Positions 55,449 through 64,000 of a stretch of DNA of 64,000 nt are shown here, piece after piece. Source of the stretch: Armatimonadota bacterium (lineage in GTDB: Bacteria > Armatimonadota > UBA5829 > DSUL01); NCBI GenBank assembly GCA_039811685.1, contig JBDHZC010000002.1:128001-192000 (forward strand), written 5' to 3'. Both the position numbers and the translations under genes were made by a program. Each line of letters starts with the position of its first letter. The first letter of the stretch is position 1. The notes below the pieces were generated by a model, which worked only from the letters and a program-made list of their open reading frames with translations, was not told where the DNA came from and made no database searches.

Positions 55449-57326
55449 TTACGCTGCCCTTTCCGTCAGTCGAGTTCTTCGCAAGTCATTCTTGTTGGCG
55501 TACATCCGCTCATCGGCAACTGACAGCAGGCTCTTGACGTCACGGCCGTCCTCGCCAAAAGTTGCCGCGCCAAAGCTCGCGCCAAAGTCTATGGACTGCA
55601 GTCCCGGAAGAGAGCTGACATACTCTTCCACGGCGCAGGCCAGCCGGTCTATGGTTTCGCGGGCCTGCTCGGCGCCAGTTTCTGGAAGAATAATAACGAA
55701 CTCGTCTCCTCCGTAGCGAACCACGCTATCGTAATCACGCACTGTGGTAGTAAAAAGGCGCGCCATATCGCGCAGCAGAGCGTCGCCGGCCGGATGTCCA
55801 AGGGTGTCATTGACGGCTTTGAAGTGATTCAAATCCACCGCAACAATGGAAAAGGCATGGTTGAGCCGGTTCGCGCGCGCCACCTCGTGCTCTATCTGCG
55901 CGCAGAAGAAGCGCAGGTTGAACAGACCGGTCAGCGGGTCTCTGTCGGCGCTCTCTCGCGTTGCCTCATAAATGCTTGCGTGAGCGACAGGCACAGACGC
56001 ATGCCGCGCCAGCGTATCCAGTAGGTCCAGATCTTCAATGGTGAACTCTTTGTGCCGCCGGTACAGATTCACGGTCCCTAGCACTGTGTTCTGAATGCGA
56101 AGAGGAGCGATGGCAGCCCACTCGTAGTCCAGTTCAATCGGAGTTCCGTCTGTGGTCTCCAGAGTATCGCGACTCTGACGGACTATGGTGGACCTTCGTT
56201 CAAAAGCGACGTGTCCGGTGCCCGATTGGCCAATGCGCGCTCGAGCTCCCAGAAGCTCGCTGGCCTCATGAGGCCAGGCGGTGACACACGAAATTGTTGA
56301 TCCGTTTTCATCGTTCAAAAAGATCGCGCAGGCATCGCAGTCCAGAGCTGTGGCGATTTTTGGCGCGACATTCTCAAGACGGCTGCTCAGATCCAGACTT
56401 GAGCTGACAAGCTGAGATATCTCCCACAGGGCGACAAACTGCTGGTTCACACGGGAGATGGCCGCCGCCGCCCGCTCTGATGGCGCGGACTCGACCTCGT
56501 CACAGCTCTGACTGATCTGCTCCGATATGCGCAGAAACGCGCTGACTATGGCAGGGTCGAAGTGAGCGCCGGACATGATTCTAATGTGCGTCACAGCCTG
56601 ACTGTGAGTCCAGCCACTGCTGTAAGTGCGCTTGGAGGTGACGGCTCCGTAGACGTCCGCAACCGCCAGGATTCGCGCTCCAAGAGGAATGTCTGTTCCC
56701 GATACCCGATCCGGATAGCCCGTGCCGTCCCAACGCTCGTGATGCGAGCGGATGTACTTCTGAACCGGCCACGGGAAAGGAATCCCTTCCAGAATCTGCG
56801 CCCCGATGATCGGGTGGTTGTGGATGGCCTGAAATTCTTCCAGAGACGGACGCCCTTTCTGAAGCAGGATGTGCTCCGGCACACCCAGCGTTCCCACGTC
56901 CAGCAAAAGCGCAGCCGTACGGATGCCCTGCACCTCATCCGCGCTCAGCCCCATCTCCTGCGCGATCTTCGTAGCAACCAGCTCTACGATGGTCACATGG
57001 TCGCTACCGTGACAGTCCCGGGCATCTATGGCTATTGCCAGCGAGCGCAGCGTTTCGCTGTAGAGCCCGTCCCAGTCTCGATTGCCGCTTCCCAGGCGGC
57101 GGACTTCACTCTGGGACAGCTGCAGCGCCTGCCCCAGCAAAACCGCACAACCAGTGCCGAGCGCGGCGATGATAGCAGCCGGCAGTTCGAGTTCTCCACT
57201 CAGTGAAGTGGCTGCGAGAACCGTAAGCGCTGCGGCTACGGGCGCGAATATCAGACGGATGCAGGCGCGCAGGCGGCTGAGCTTCTCAGGGCCGCGCGCG
57301 GTTTGTTGTCTCCCAGAATCCGGCAT
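55449..57326 (-). CDS. Membrane-anchored HD-GYP (degenerate)-GAF-GGDEF diguanylate cyclase
   Basis: Two N-terminal TM segments; HHERWDGTGYP; GAF domain; D.LTGL.N, FK.VND.LGH..GD, RDYD...RYGGDEF. Confidence 0.92.
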   Translation of the reverse strand: MPDSGRQQTARGPEKLSRLRACIRLIFAPVAAALTVLAATSLSGELELPAAIIAALGTGCAVLLGQALQLSQSEVRRLGSGNRDWDGLYSETLRSLAIAIDARDCHGSDHVTIVELVATKIAQEMGLSADEVQGIRTAALLLDVGTLGVPEHILLQKGRPSLEEFQAIHNHPIIGAQILEGIPFPWPVQKYIRSHHERWDGTGYPDRVSGTDIPLGARILAVADVYGAVTSKRTYSSGWTHSQAVTHIRIMSGAHFDPAIVSAFLRISEQISQSCDEVESAPSERAAAAISRVNQQFVALWEISQLVSSSLDLSSRLENVAPKIATALDCDACAIFLNDENGSTISCVTAWPHEASELLGARARIGQSGTGHVAFERRSTIVRQSRDTLETTDGTPIELDYEWAAIAPLRIQNTVLGTVNLYRRHKEFTIEDLDLLDTLARHASVPVAHASIYEATRESADRDPLTGLFNLRFFCAQIEHEVARANRLNHAFSIVAVDLNHFKAVNDTLGHPAGDALLRDMARLFTTTVRDYDSVVRYGGDEFVIILPETGAEQARETIDRLACAVEEYVSSLPGLQSIDFGASFGAATFGEDGRDVKSLLSVADERMYANKNDLRRTRLTERAA

Positions 57327-57901
57327 GGGTGGGTAGTATCCCCTTCACTCTCCTGATGATTTCGCTTTGCGCAAATTTGGAGCGGCAAAGTCTTCGACGG
57401 CAACGGAGCAGCGGATGCGTGCTCATCGGTCCAGATGCGTGGCCTGTAGAGGGCGATGCCGATCACAAAACGCGACGGGTGCGTTGTCGGCGGACCACCT
57501 GAGTTCTGGACATCTCCGGGCGTCGCGCAGTTAACCGGCCAGACTGCCAGGTCTGCGCTTCAGCGGACAGCGGCAATCCCGGGCTTCTGCCCTCTTGAGA
57601 CTGGCGCGTCCTCACTCTCATTCATTCCACAACCGGGCGGCCTGGCAGGGATGCCGGGTCGAGGCGACCCGCCCCTGAAGCGGCGGCCACAAGATGAAAA
57701 AACCAGCAGCGAGAATGAACTCAGAGCCTACTGCGGTCACTGAGCAGAAAACAGTGACTCAATGACTTTTGCCACGAGAAGCAGTCCGCCAAAGCAGGTA
57801 ATTTAGCGGGAACGGCCTTGCACGGCGCAACGCGTTGCTGTATGGTAACAGTGCGGGCCTGAGGGGATCCGACAACGATAGACGAAAGACAGAGGCCAGA
57901 G

Positions 57902-58723
57902 GTGCGCAAAAGAGTGCAAACACTGATCGTCGCCGCTCCTGTCGCCGTAGCATTGATGCTGTGGCCGGGAGGAGTGCCGGCAGTCGTAGCCACCACGGCT
58001 GTGCTGGCGCTGGCTTACGGCGAATACTGCCAGATGTGCCTCTCCGCCGGTATCCCATGCCGCCTGTGGTGGGGAGTTCTGGCGATAGTATTGTTTGCAG
58101 TCTCAGCGCAGGGGCGGACGCCAGTCGACGGGTGGATGCCAGATGCCTGGCTGCTGCTGGGTGCGCTGGTTCTAACGCTGGAGACACTGCGCCGGGAGCG
58201 CAAGCCGGTGTTGGCGCTGGGGGCCTCACTGCTCGGAGTGCTCTGGATTGGGGGGATGGGCAGTCTATTCCTGACGGTGCGCTTTTCCCAAATTCGCGAA
58301 GCCACCAGTGGCCCTCTGGAGCCCGGAGCATGGGCGGCTCTTGGATTGCTGCTTACGGTGTGGGCACTGGATATTTGCGCGTATCTGGGCGGACGAGCGT
58401 TTGGACGTATTCAGATAGCACCGTCAATCAGCCCAAAAAAGACTGTCGAGGGGGCTATCGTCGGCTTTTTTGCCGCGACGGGAGTGGGGCTTCTGGTGGC
58501 CCCGTGGATGGGTCTTGGCGTGTGGAGCGGCGCTTCACTTGGAGCGGTTATCGGGCTTGCGGGACAGGCAGGTGATCTTTTTGAGTCGGCGATCAAGCGC
58601 GAACTGCAGGTCAAAGACTCAGGCGCAAGCCTGCCCGGGCACGGAGGGTGGCTAGATCGGATTGACAGCCTGTTGTTCGCATGCGCTGTGGCTGCGTGGT
58701 GGCTGGCGCGCGGGCCGCGCTAG
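57902..58723 (+). CDS. cdsA: Phosphatidate cytidylyltransferase
   Basis: D..AY..GR.FG, ISPKKTVEG, GDLFES.IKR...VKDSG..LPGHGG.LDR.DS. Confidence 0.95.
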   Translation: MRKRVQTLIVAAPVAVALMLWPGGVPAVVATTAVLALAYGEYCQMCLSAGIPCRLWWGVLAIVLFAVSAQGRTPVDGWMPDAWLLLGALVLTLETLRRERKPVLALGASLLGVLWIGGMGSLFLTVRFSQIREATSGPLEPGAWAALGLLLTVWALDICAYLGGRAFGRIQIAPSISPKKTVEGAIVGFFAATGVGLLVAPWMGLGVWSGASLGAVIGLAGQAGDLFESAIKRELQVKDSGASLPGHGGWLDRIDSLLFACAVAAWWLARGPR

Positions 58724-58759
58724 CTCAGAAAGCGCCCCCTCAGTCCACGCGCTCAAGAT

Positions 58760-59332
58760 CTACGGGGCGCGGTTACCCGAGGAGGCAACCTGGTGTTGGA
58801 GTGTTCTTACGGCACGGGCCAGACGCTCGCGATCGAACTCTGTGGCTGCATTCTTCTCGGCTTCGCGGTAGTTGGCCAGAGCCAGTTTTCCATCTTTGTC
58901 ACAACGCCAGATGATGAAGCCGAGCGTCTCATAAAGCTCAGCAGACTTCGGGTTGTTGCGAATCCCTTCGTTGAGAAACCGCTTGGCCTCCTGCGGCTTC
59001 TTCTGGTAGAGTCCCAGCATCCAGCCCCCCGAGGCGTAAGCCTGCGTGAAGTGAGGGTCCAGACTGGTGATCATCCTCATCAGAGGGAGGATGTCCGTAT
59101 CCTGTGCCCAGTTGGGGTTGTGCTCGACAAACTCATGATGATAGCTGTCCGCTTTCATCCAGAGCAGGTTGGCGAACACGGTGCGAAACTGCCCGGCGAG
59201 ACTTGCATAAACGGACGATCCACCAGGTGTGAGCTCTCTGTCGCGCGCGGTGTCGCGCGTGATGGAAGCGTCTGAGACAATCGTTAGAGCGCCCAGCGCA
59301 AGCAGAGCAATCCAGACGCCTGACTTACGCAT
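58760..59332 (-). CDS. Membrane-anchored TPR protein (PilG-like partner of the ABC module)
   Basis: N-terminal TM; FR...ANLLW..AD.Y.H, T.LDPHF..AY..GG, FL.EGI.NNP. Cotranscribed with the ABC genes. Confidence 0.7.
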   Translation of the reverse strand: MRKSGVWIALLALGALTIVSDASITRDTARDRELTPGGSSVYASLAGQFRTVFANLLWMKADSYHHEFVEHNPNWAQDTDILPLMRMITSLDPHFTQAYASGGWMLGLYQKKPQEAKRFLNEGIRNNPKSAELYETLGFIIWRCDKDGKLALANYREAEKNAATEFDRERLARAVRTLQHQVASSGNRAP

Positions 59333-59555
59333 TTTGCCCGCCCTTTCTGCGCCCGATCAGACGCACCAGCACTACCGCTCCTGACCAGACTCCACCAAGA
59401 ACCAGCATTTGAGCTGCGAGTTCCCCGCGCACCTGCGAAGACTCCCATTGATGAGGGGCGTGGTGTTCACCTGCCTCATGACACAAACCCGCACAGGGCG
59501 ACAGAAGAATCGCCGCAGCAGCGAGAAATCGATAAAGGCGCGCGCGGATCGTCAT
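59325..59555 (-). CDS. Small membrane protein (signal-like N-terminus, His-rich linker, TM, basic tail)
   Basis: Overlaps both neighbours (ATGA with the permease stop, 8 nt with the TPR start), consistent with translational coupling. Confidence 0.6.
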   Translation of the reverse strand: MTIRARLYRFLAAAAILLSPCAGLCHEAGEHHAPHQWESSQVRGELAAQMLVLGGVWSGAVVLVRLIGRRKGGQNA

Positions 59556-60325
59556 ATCTCTCTCCGTGAAAAGACAGCGCTGGAGACCGCCAGTACGAAG
59601 CCTGTGTACACCACTGCGTAAGCCGCAACAAGGGCCAGATAGCTCGACGGGATTGCGATGTTGTGAATGAGTGCGTCCTTGAAACTGAAGCTGTCAAGAT
59701 TCGGCAGAAGATAATAGACCGCCTGGAGGACCTGAGTCGCCACCGGTACGTGAGAGTTTTCGATGGCTGCGTGCAGGTATCCGATCTTCATCTGCCCGAG
59801 AATGAACACAAAAAGACTCAACGTCGCGCTAACCATAGGAGACACGAGCAAGCTGAAGAACATGCCCACTGCCGCCAGCAAGCAGACCTCCAGAAAGACA
59901 TATCCCATCCCCAGCGCCACAGCCGTGTCGAATTGATGCTCGTAAACGGCCAGAATGCCGAGAAAGACCAGTCCTATAAGCCCCATGCAGAGCAGGCTGG
60001 TGAGGCAGATTCCCAGATACTTCCCCAAAATATAGTCACTGCGCCGAACCGCGCGCGAAAGAGTCGGATAGGCGGTGCGGCTCTGGAGCTCCGCAGGAAT
60101 ACTCCCAACAGAGACGGCTATAGCCAGAATACCGCCCGAGAACAGAATGGCAGCCAGGGACAGGTCTTTGAGAATCTTGACCTGAACGCCCATATCGAAA
60201 AACGACAACAGGGTCGTGGAGGCGATGGCGGCAATGGTGAGAATCAGGATCACCTGCAGAAGCTGTTTGCGCAGATTCTCCTTGAAGGTCACCTTACCGA
60301 TTGTCCAGATTTGTCTAAGATGCAC
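59552..60325 (-). CDS. ABC-2 type permease (PilI-like)
   Basis: TFKENLRK, DLSLAAI, E...RT.Y..LSR.V.R.DY.LGKYLG, ending FSRRE. Six TM segments. Confidence 0.88.
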   Translation of the reverse strand: MHLRQIWTIGKVTFKENLRKQLLQVILILTIAAIASTTLLSFFDMGVQVKILKDLSLAAILFSGGILAIAVSVGSIPAELQSRTAYPTLSRAVRRSDYILGKYLGICLTSLLCMGLIGLVFLGILAVYEHQFDTAVALGMGYVFLEVCLLAAVGMFFSLLVSPMVSATLSLFVFILGQMKIGYLHAAIENSHVPVATQVLQAVYYLLPNLDSFSFKDALIHNIAIPSSYLALVAAYAVVYTGFVLAVSSAVFSRREI

Positions 60326-60349
60326 TTGCTTACAGTCCTCCAGGCGTTT

Positions 60350-61291
60350 TCACGCAGCCAGACGCAGAAACGCTTCTTCCAGAGTCTCCGATCCGGATGA
60401 AACAGAAAGCAGTTGCGCGCCCGCCCGCTCCAGCACTCCTATGACTGGGTAGATCTGTTCCGCTGAACATTCAATCGTCGTCTGGAAGGGCTCGTCTATC
60501 TCAATTCCAAGGGTTTGCAGGTCCTCAATGATTGACGCGGTCAACGACGAGGTCACTATTCTGACGGCGGTTTCGGGCTGCTTGACTTCGCTCGGTTTCC
60601 CGCAGGCGACAACCCGGCCTTTGTTCAGAACCGTGATCTGATCACACAGCGTGTCAATCTCCGAGAGAACGTGAGAGCTGAGGAAGACCGTGCGCCCTTC
60701 AGAGCGCATGCGCGCTATGATCTGCCGCATTTCGTGCCGTCCGAGTGGGTCCAGTCCCGAGGTTGGCTCATCCAGAATCAGCAGGCGCGGACGGCCAAGC
60801 AAGGCTTGCGCAATCCCGACGCGCTGCTGGTTTCCTTTGGACAGGCGACTGAGTGGAAGGTTGCGATTCTGAGATAAATGGGTGATTTCAAGAACTGAGT
60901 CAATCTGATCGTCGCGCTCGGAAGGCCGCAGGCCGAGCAGATCGGCATGCATTCGCAGAACCTCCTGCGGAGACATGAACGCGGGGAAATATGGCTGTTC
61001 CGGCAGATAGCCAACGTGCCTGCGCGTTGTGTGCTCGCTGCACGGTTCGTCAAAAATGCGCAACTCGCCACCCGTCGGGCGCAGAAAGCCGAGAAGCATC
61101 TTGATCGTGGTGGTTTTCCCCGCTCCGTTCGCGCCGAGAAAACCAAAAACAACGCCCTGCGGAACGTCCAGATTCAGACTGTCCACAGCCTTGCGGCTCT
61201 GATTGCGCGGGAGCCTGTAAACCCGGGTAACATTTCTGCACTCAATCGCCAGGGGCAGATTGTTGGAGGATGTGTGCACTGAATCGGTCAT
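60350..61291 (-). CDS. ABC transporter ATP-binding protein (PilH-like)
   Basis: GANGAGKTT, GYLPEQPYF, SKGNQQRVGIAQAL, LDEPTSGLDPLGR, SSH.L. Confidence 0.93.
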   Translation of the reverse strand: MTDSVHTSSNNLPLAIECRNVTRVYRLPRNQSRKAVDSLNLDVPQGVVFGFLGANGAGKTTTIKMLLGFLRPTGGELRIFDEPCSEHTTRRHVGYLPEQPYFPAFMSPQEVLRMHADLLGLRPSERDDQIDSVLEITHLSQNRNLPLSRLSKGNQQRVGIAQALLGRPRLLILDEPTSGLDPLGRHEMRQIIARMRSEGRTVFLSSHVLSEIDTLCDQITVLNKGRVVACGKPSEVKQPETAVRIVTSSLTASIIEDLQTLGIEIDEPFQTTIECSAEQIYPVIGVLERAGAQLLSVSSGSETLEEAFLRLAA

Positions 61292-61541
61292 GCATTGCGC
61301 CTCTTATTTCACAGATGAAAGCGTCGAAGATAAGAACTCCACTTCCATTATTGGCGCAATGAAGAAACAGGATTAGAGAATTTCAGTGCGCAGCGCGCCG
61401 CGCGACACCGGCTGGGCGATGGTCTGGCCAAGGCTGGCGGCTTGGGTAAGAATGCACCAGATACCGAGCTCCAGGCGGATACTTCAAATGGCGTCCACAG
61501 GTACACGCGTGTGGATGAGGGCGAACAAGAAGGCTTGACAT

Positions 61542-64000
61542 ATGCTGAGTCGTTGCAACGTTGTGCTGCTGATATTTGCGATTTGCCTTGCGTGCGCTGA
61601 GGCGCGCGCGGACATCACTGCCGGCGTCAAGGAGACCGTGCTTGACAATGGGTTGACGATATTGACCAAAGAGGTGCGCGTGGCGCCAGTTGTCAGCGTC
61701 AATGTGTTCTACCGCGTGGGCTCCCGCAACGAGCACACGGGCATCACCGGAATCTCTCATCTGCTGGAGCATATGATGTTCAAGGGGTCACAGCACTTTC
61801 CTCAGGGCAGATTTGAGCAGCTCATACACGATCGGGGCGGTATCAACAACGCTGCAACAACGACTGACTACACATACTACTGGGAACTGCTGCAGAGTGA
61901 TTACCTTGATCTGGCTCTGAGGCTGGAGGCCGACCGCATGCGCGGCGCTCTTTTCAACGCCAGAGACCTGGTCTCAGAAATGCCTGTCGTGCGCTCGGAA
62001 ATGGAAGGAAGAGAGAACAGTCCCGACACGCTGCTGTGGCAGTTGGTGGATTCTACGGCCTTCCAGGCTCATCCGTACCAGTGGCCGATCATTGGGTGGC
62101 GATCAGACGTTGAGGCCATCACGCGTGATCAGATTTACGCCTACTATCAGAAGTACTACGCGCCCAACAACGCCACTGTTGTCCTGGTCGGAGATTTTGA
62201 CACTGCCAGTGCAGTAGCTCTTGTCAAGAAGTATTTCGGCGCCCTGAAACCGCTGCCGAAGCCACCTTCCGTCCACACGCAGGAACCGGTGCAGCGCGGA
62301 GAACGTACCGCCGATCTCAGCACTGCCGGGAGCGCCCAACGCGTGCTGCTGAGCTGGAAGATTCCCTCTGAAAAGGATCCGGATATCGTCGCCCTGGACG
62401 TGCTCGAACAGATACTCTCTGGCGGGCGATCCAGCCGGATTTACCAGGCGCTGGTGGAAAGCGGCATCGCGACAGATGCTTTCGCGTACTCGGCTACCAG
62501 GATTGACCCGTCTTTGTTCTACGCTGGCGCGACGGCTCAGGCCAACAGAACAAACGCAGAGATGGAAAAAGCGCTGATGGCAGAGATCCAGCGGGTGCAG
62601 AGCACCCCGCCAGAAGCCGAAGAACTCCAGCGCGCCAAGCGCCAGATCGAAGCTGCCTTTGTGTTTTCCAATGACGACGTCCGCAGCCAGGCGCAGCTTC
62701 TGGGGCGCTATCAGATGGTTTCCAACTGGCGGAGGCTTTCGGACTATCTCCCGTCCCTGGCCCGAGTGACGCCTGCCGATGTGCAGCGCGTCGCAAAGAA
62801 GTATCTGATCCCAAGCACGCGAACAGCCGGTTATTTCACTCCCGAAGGACCTCCAGTTGCCGAAAGACCAGCGCCTGGCTCACCAGGTGGCCCCGCAAAC
62901 TACCGGACGGGCGATCGTCCGCCGCTAGTACCGGTCTCCAACCAGAAACGCACAGGCGCCGCGATTGCCCAACAGCAAAAACAAAAGACGAAACCGCCAA
63001 CTTCGGCCAACTCCGCCACAAACGCTGCACCTGTGCCGGATAGATCTCCGCGCAGAGCGATCAAACCTGTGCGCTACACTCTGGGCAACGGTGTTGTTCT
63101 CATTGTACTGAACAATCCCGCGAACTCCAGCGTGAGCATCAGTGGCAGTCTGAACGCCGGTGGATGGCTGGAGGGGCCAGGCGAGAAGAACGTGTCGGAC
63201 GTCACTGCGGATATGCTGAGCCGGGGAACTGCCACGCGCACCAGCCTGCAGTTCGCCAGCGCAGTGGAGGACATGGGTGCGGCTCTGTCTATCTCTTCAG
63301 AAGTCGAAAGCACGCGTATCACCGGGCGGTGCCTGTCTCGCGATTTTGAGAAGTGGACGGCGCTTCTTGCGGATGCTCTGCGCAATCCTGTCTTTCCAGA
63401 GCAAGACCTGGAGAGGCTGAAGGCACAGGATGTGTCGTTTCTTCAGCAGCAAAAGGAGTCCCCAGCGGCGCTGGCAGAGCGCGAGTTCATGAACCGGCTT
63501 TACCCTGAGGGACACCCTTACCACCCCGGTGACATTGATAAGGACATTCAGAGCTACAAGACCATAACCGCACAGGACTTGAAGAGATTTCACAACCGCT
63601 ACTACGGTCCGAAGGGAATGATTCTGACGGTTGTCGGCGATGTGACGCCGGAACAGGTGAAGGCTGTTGTGGAACAACAGCTTGGCGGCTGGCCAGCTCA
63701 GGATGGCTACCGCCAGACTCAGATACCAGATGTGCCTGCAAGGAACAGCTCCTTCGACTACATCCGCGTGCCAGACAAGAGCCAGACAAACGCCGTCTAC
63801 GGCTGGCCGGGCGGGTTGAAGCGTTCGGACAAAACTTACTACGCCGCCGTTGTGATGAATGAAATACTGGGCGGCGGAAGCGTGCTGACGAGCCGGCTCG
63901 GGCAGTCCATCCGTGGCAAAATGGGGCTGGTCTATGACGTGGGCACGGGTTTTCAGGCGACGCTGGGCGAAGGTCCATGGGAAGCGACCCTCGGAGCAAA
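61542..64000 (+). CDS. Secreted M16 (pitrilysin/PqqL-like) zinc protease, runs off window
   Basis: Not in the ORF track. From ATG 61542: MLSRCNVVLLIFAICLACAEARA..LDNGL..VGSRNE..GISHLLEHMMFKGS (HxxEH). A second M16 half follows a Pro/Ala-rich linker. Confidence 0.93.
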   Translation, partial: MLSRCNVVLLIFAICLACAEARADITAGVKETVLDNGLTILTKEVRVAPVVSVNVFYRVGSRNEHTGITGISHLLEHMMFKGSQHFPQGRFEQLIHDRGGINNAATTTDYTYYWELLQSDYLDLALRLEADRMRGALFNARDLVSEMPVVRSEMEGRENSPDTLLWQLVDSTAFQAHPYQWPIIGWRSDVEAITRDQIYAYYQKYYAPNNATVVLVGDFDTASAVALVKKYFGALKPLPKPPSVHTQEPVQRGERTADLSTAGSAQRVLLSWKIPSEKDPDIVALDVLEQILSGGRSSRIYQALVESGIATDAFAYSATRIDPSLFYAGATAQANRTNAEMEKALMAEIQRVQSTPPEAEELQRAKRQIEAAFVFSNDDVRSQAQLLGRYQMVSNWRRLSDYLPSLARVTPADVQRVAKKYLIPSTRTAGYFTPEGPPVAERPAPGSPGGPANYRTGDRPPLVPVSNQKRTGAAIAQQQKQKTKPPTSANSATNAAPVPDRSPRRAIKPVRYTLGNGVVLIVLNNPANSSVSISGSLNAGGWLEGPGEKNVSDVTADMLSRGTATRTSLQFASAVEDMGAALSISSEVESTRITGRCLSRDFEKWTALLADALRNPVFPEQDLERLKAQDVSFLQQQKESPAALAEREFMNRLYPEGHPYHPGDIDKDIQSYKTITAQDLKRFHNRYYGPKGMILTVVGDVTPEQVKAVVEQQLGGWPAQDGYRQTQIPDVPARNSSFDYIRVPDKSQTNAVYGWPGGLKRSDKTYYAAVVMNEILGGGSVLTSRLGQSIRGKMGLVYDVGTGFQATLGEGPWEATLGA

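Noticed and set aside
57330..57900. c-di-GMP or c-di-AMP riboswitch upstream of the GGDEF gene
   Set aside because: Hairpins exist (GCGCAG/CTGCGC, GTCACTG/CAGTGAC), but I could not find the conserved cores of the c-di-GMP-I, c-di-GMP-II or ydaO motifs. Needs an Rfam scan.

Overview
A GC-rich, gene-dense bacterial core-chromosome segment. The host is probably a diderm Terrabacteria member such as Armatimonadota. This is inferred from Firmicute-like genes (darA, sigH, csaB/DUF5693, DUF3866, flgB-fliJ order) co-occurring with lnt, a PEP-CTERM protein and large secreted proteins sharing a distinctive C-terminal module. Coding content: ftsEX plus an EnvC-like gene, lnt, a GH94 phosphorylase, darA-holB, a GxGYxYP protein, tilS, pdxST-lipoprotein-prmA-rsmE-Ycf45-like-tmk, a csaB envelope cluster, a sirtuin, a clan GH-A hydrolase, a SigH-like sigma factor, two ~1100-aa surface proteins, flgBC-fliEFGHIJ, prfB with its +1 frameshift, peptidases, mtlD/SIS, an HD-GYP/GAF/GGDEF protein, cdsA, a PilHIG-like ABC module and an M16 protease. 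I saw no tRNA, rRNA, CRISPR or transposase. Most interesting unexplained signals: (1) two tandem ~70-nt sibling sRNA genes at 7562-7875, each with a GGAAC-N17-CGTC ECF-type promoter, a shared anti-Shine-Dalgarno core and its own terminator; (2) a ~195-aa C-terminal module shared by two otherwise unrelated secreted proteins, a candidate surface-anchoring system; (3) a 3x134-bp REP-like array that supplies the tmk stop codon and sits at the apparent breakpoint of an ~11.5-kb inversion splitting tmk from darA-holB; (4) a shared promoter cassette ahead of two secreted-protein genes. All family calls come from motif recognition by eye; no database searches were run.
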